From positions 681,876,001-681,940,000 of the forward strand of contig NC_067399.1 in the NCBI RefSeq assembly GCF_016432865.1: a stretch of 64,000 nt of DNA, written 5' to 3'. Numbering within the stretch: position 1 is the stretch's first letter; each line of letters begins with the position of its first letter. Positions 63,766-64,000 of this stretch are shown in pieces. The notes under the pieces are model-generated. The model was not told the DNA's origin and searched no databases. It saw only the letters and a list, made by a program, of their open reading frames with translations. A program made the translations under genes and the position numbers. The DNA comes from Antechinus flavipes. Lineage: Eukaryota.

Positions 63766-64000
63766 TAAACAAGCATAAACAAAGAGGAACCAAAATTTTC
63801 ATTTTTTTTTTCTTTTGCAAAGGATGGAATGATTTCATTAAAAATTGTAGTCAACTAAAATTAAATAAAACAATTAATAACTTCAGCATAGTTGTCATCT
63901 ATAAATAAATCTACCTAAATCATCAATATTCTTATGTAAACAAACAATTCTTACCAGTGAGAAAAAGAAAGACAAATGTCATTCAAAGTAAATAGATTGC
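63250..64000 (+). mobile_element. Very old L1 ORF2 (RT-region) fragment with (CA)n at 63720-63762
   Basis: aaaatcataattttatcaattgatgtcaaaaaa resembles [10 protein letters not shown] (cf. 4222). Confidence 0.55.

Noticed and set aside
1-64000. rRNA, tRNA, CRISPR or prokaryotic systems
   Set aside because: None seen; tRNA-like boxes occur only as SINE heads, and the minisatellite has no unique spacers

Overview
Marsupial (probably dasyurid, Tasmanian-devil-like) draft genomic DNA. The taxon is inferred from the L1 3'UTR style, CORE-SINEs with RTE-type tails, a WSINE1-like SINE and an RTE fragment. The window has three zones. (1) 1-20.7 kb is AT-rich and mostly degenerate L1. It includes a TSD-bounded, internally deleted L1 (2446-7384) into which a younger L1 3' end inserted in exact homologous register. 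(2) About 20.7-44.5 kb is a GC/CpG-rich, repeat-poorer island. It holds two assembly gaps, a CpG-island-like block (~39.5-43.9 kb), enhancer-like motif clusters, a 33/23-bp minisatellite with higher-order structure, and several exon-like segments. The best of these chain in phase into a hypothetical 135-aa minus-strand ORF that I do not recognise. (3) 44.5-64 kb is AT-rich L2/MIR/L1/RTE debris with solo LTRs. No known protein-coding gene or structural RNA gene could be identified. The longer ORFs in the track are L1/L2/RTE remnants or artefacts of low-complexity sequence, GC richness or gaps. All gene models are low-confidence hand predictions, and boundaries of old repeats are approximate.
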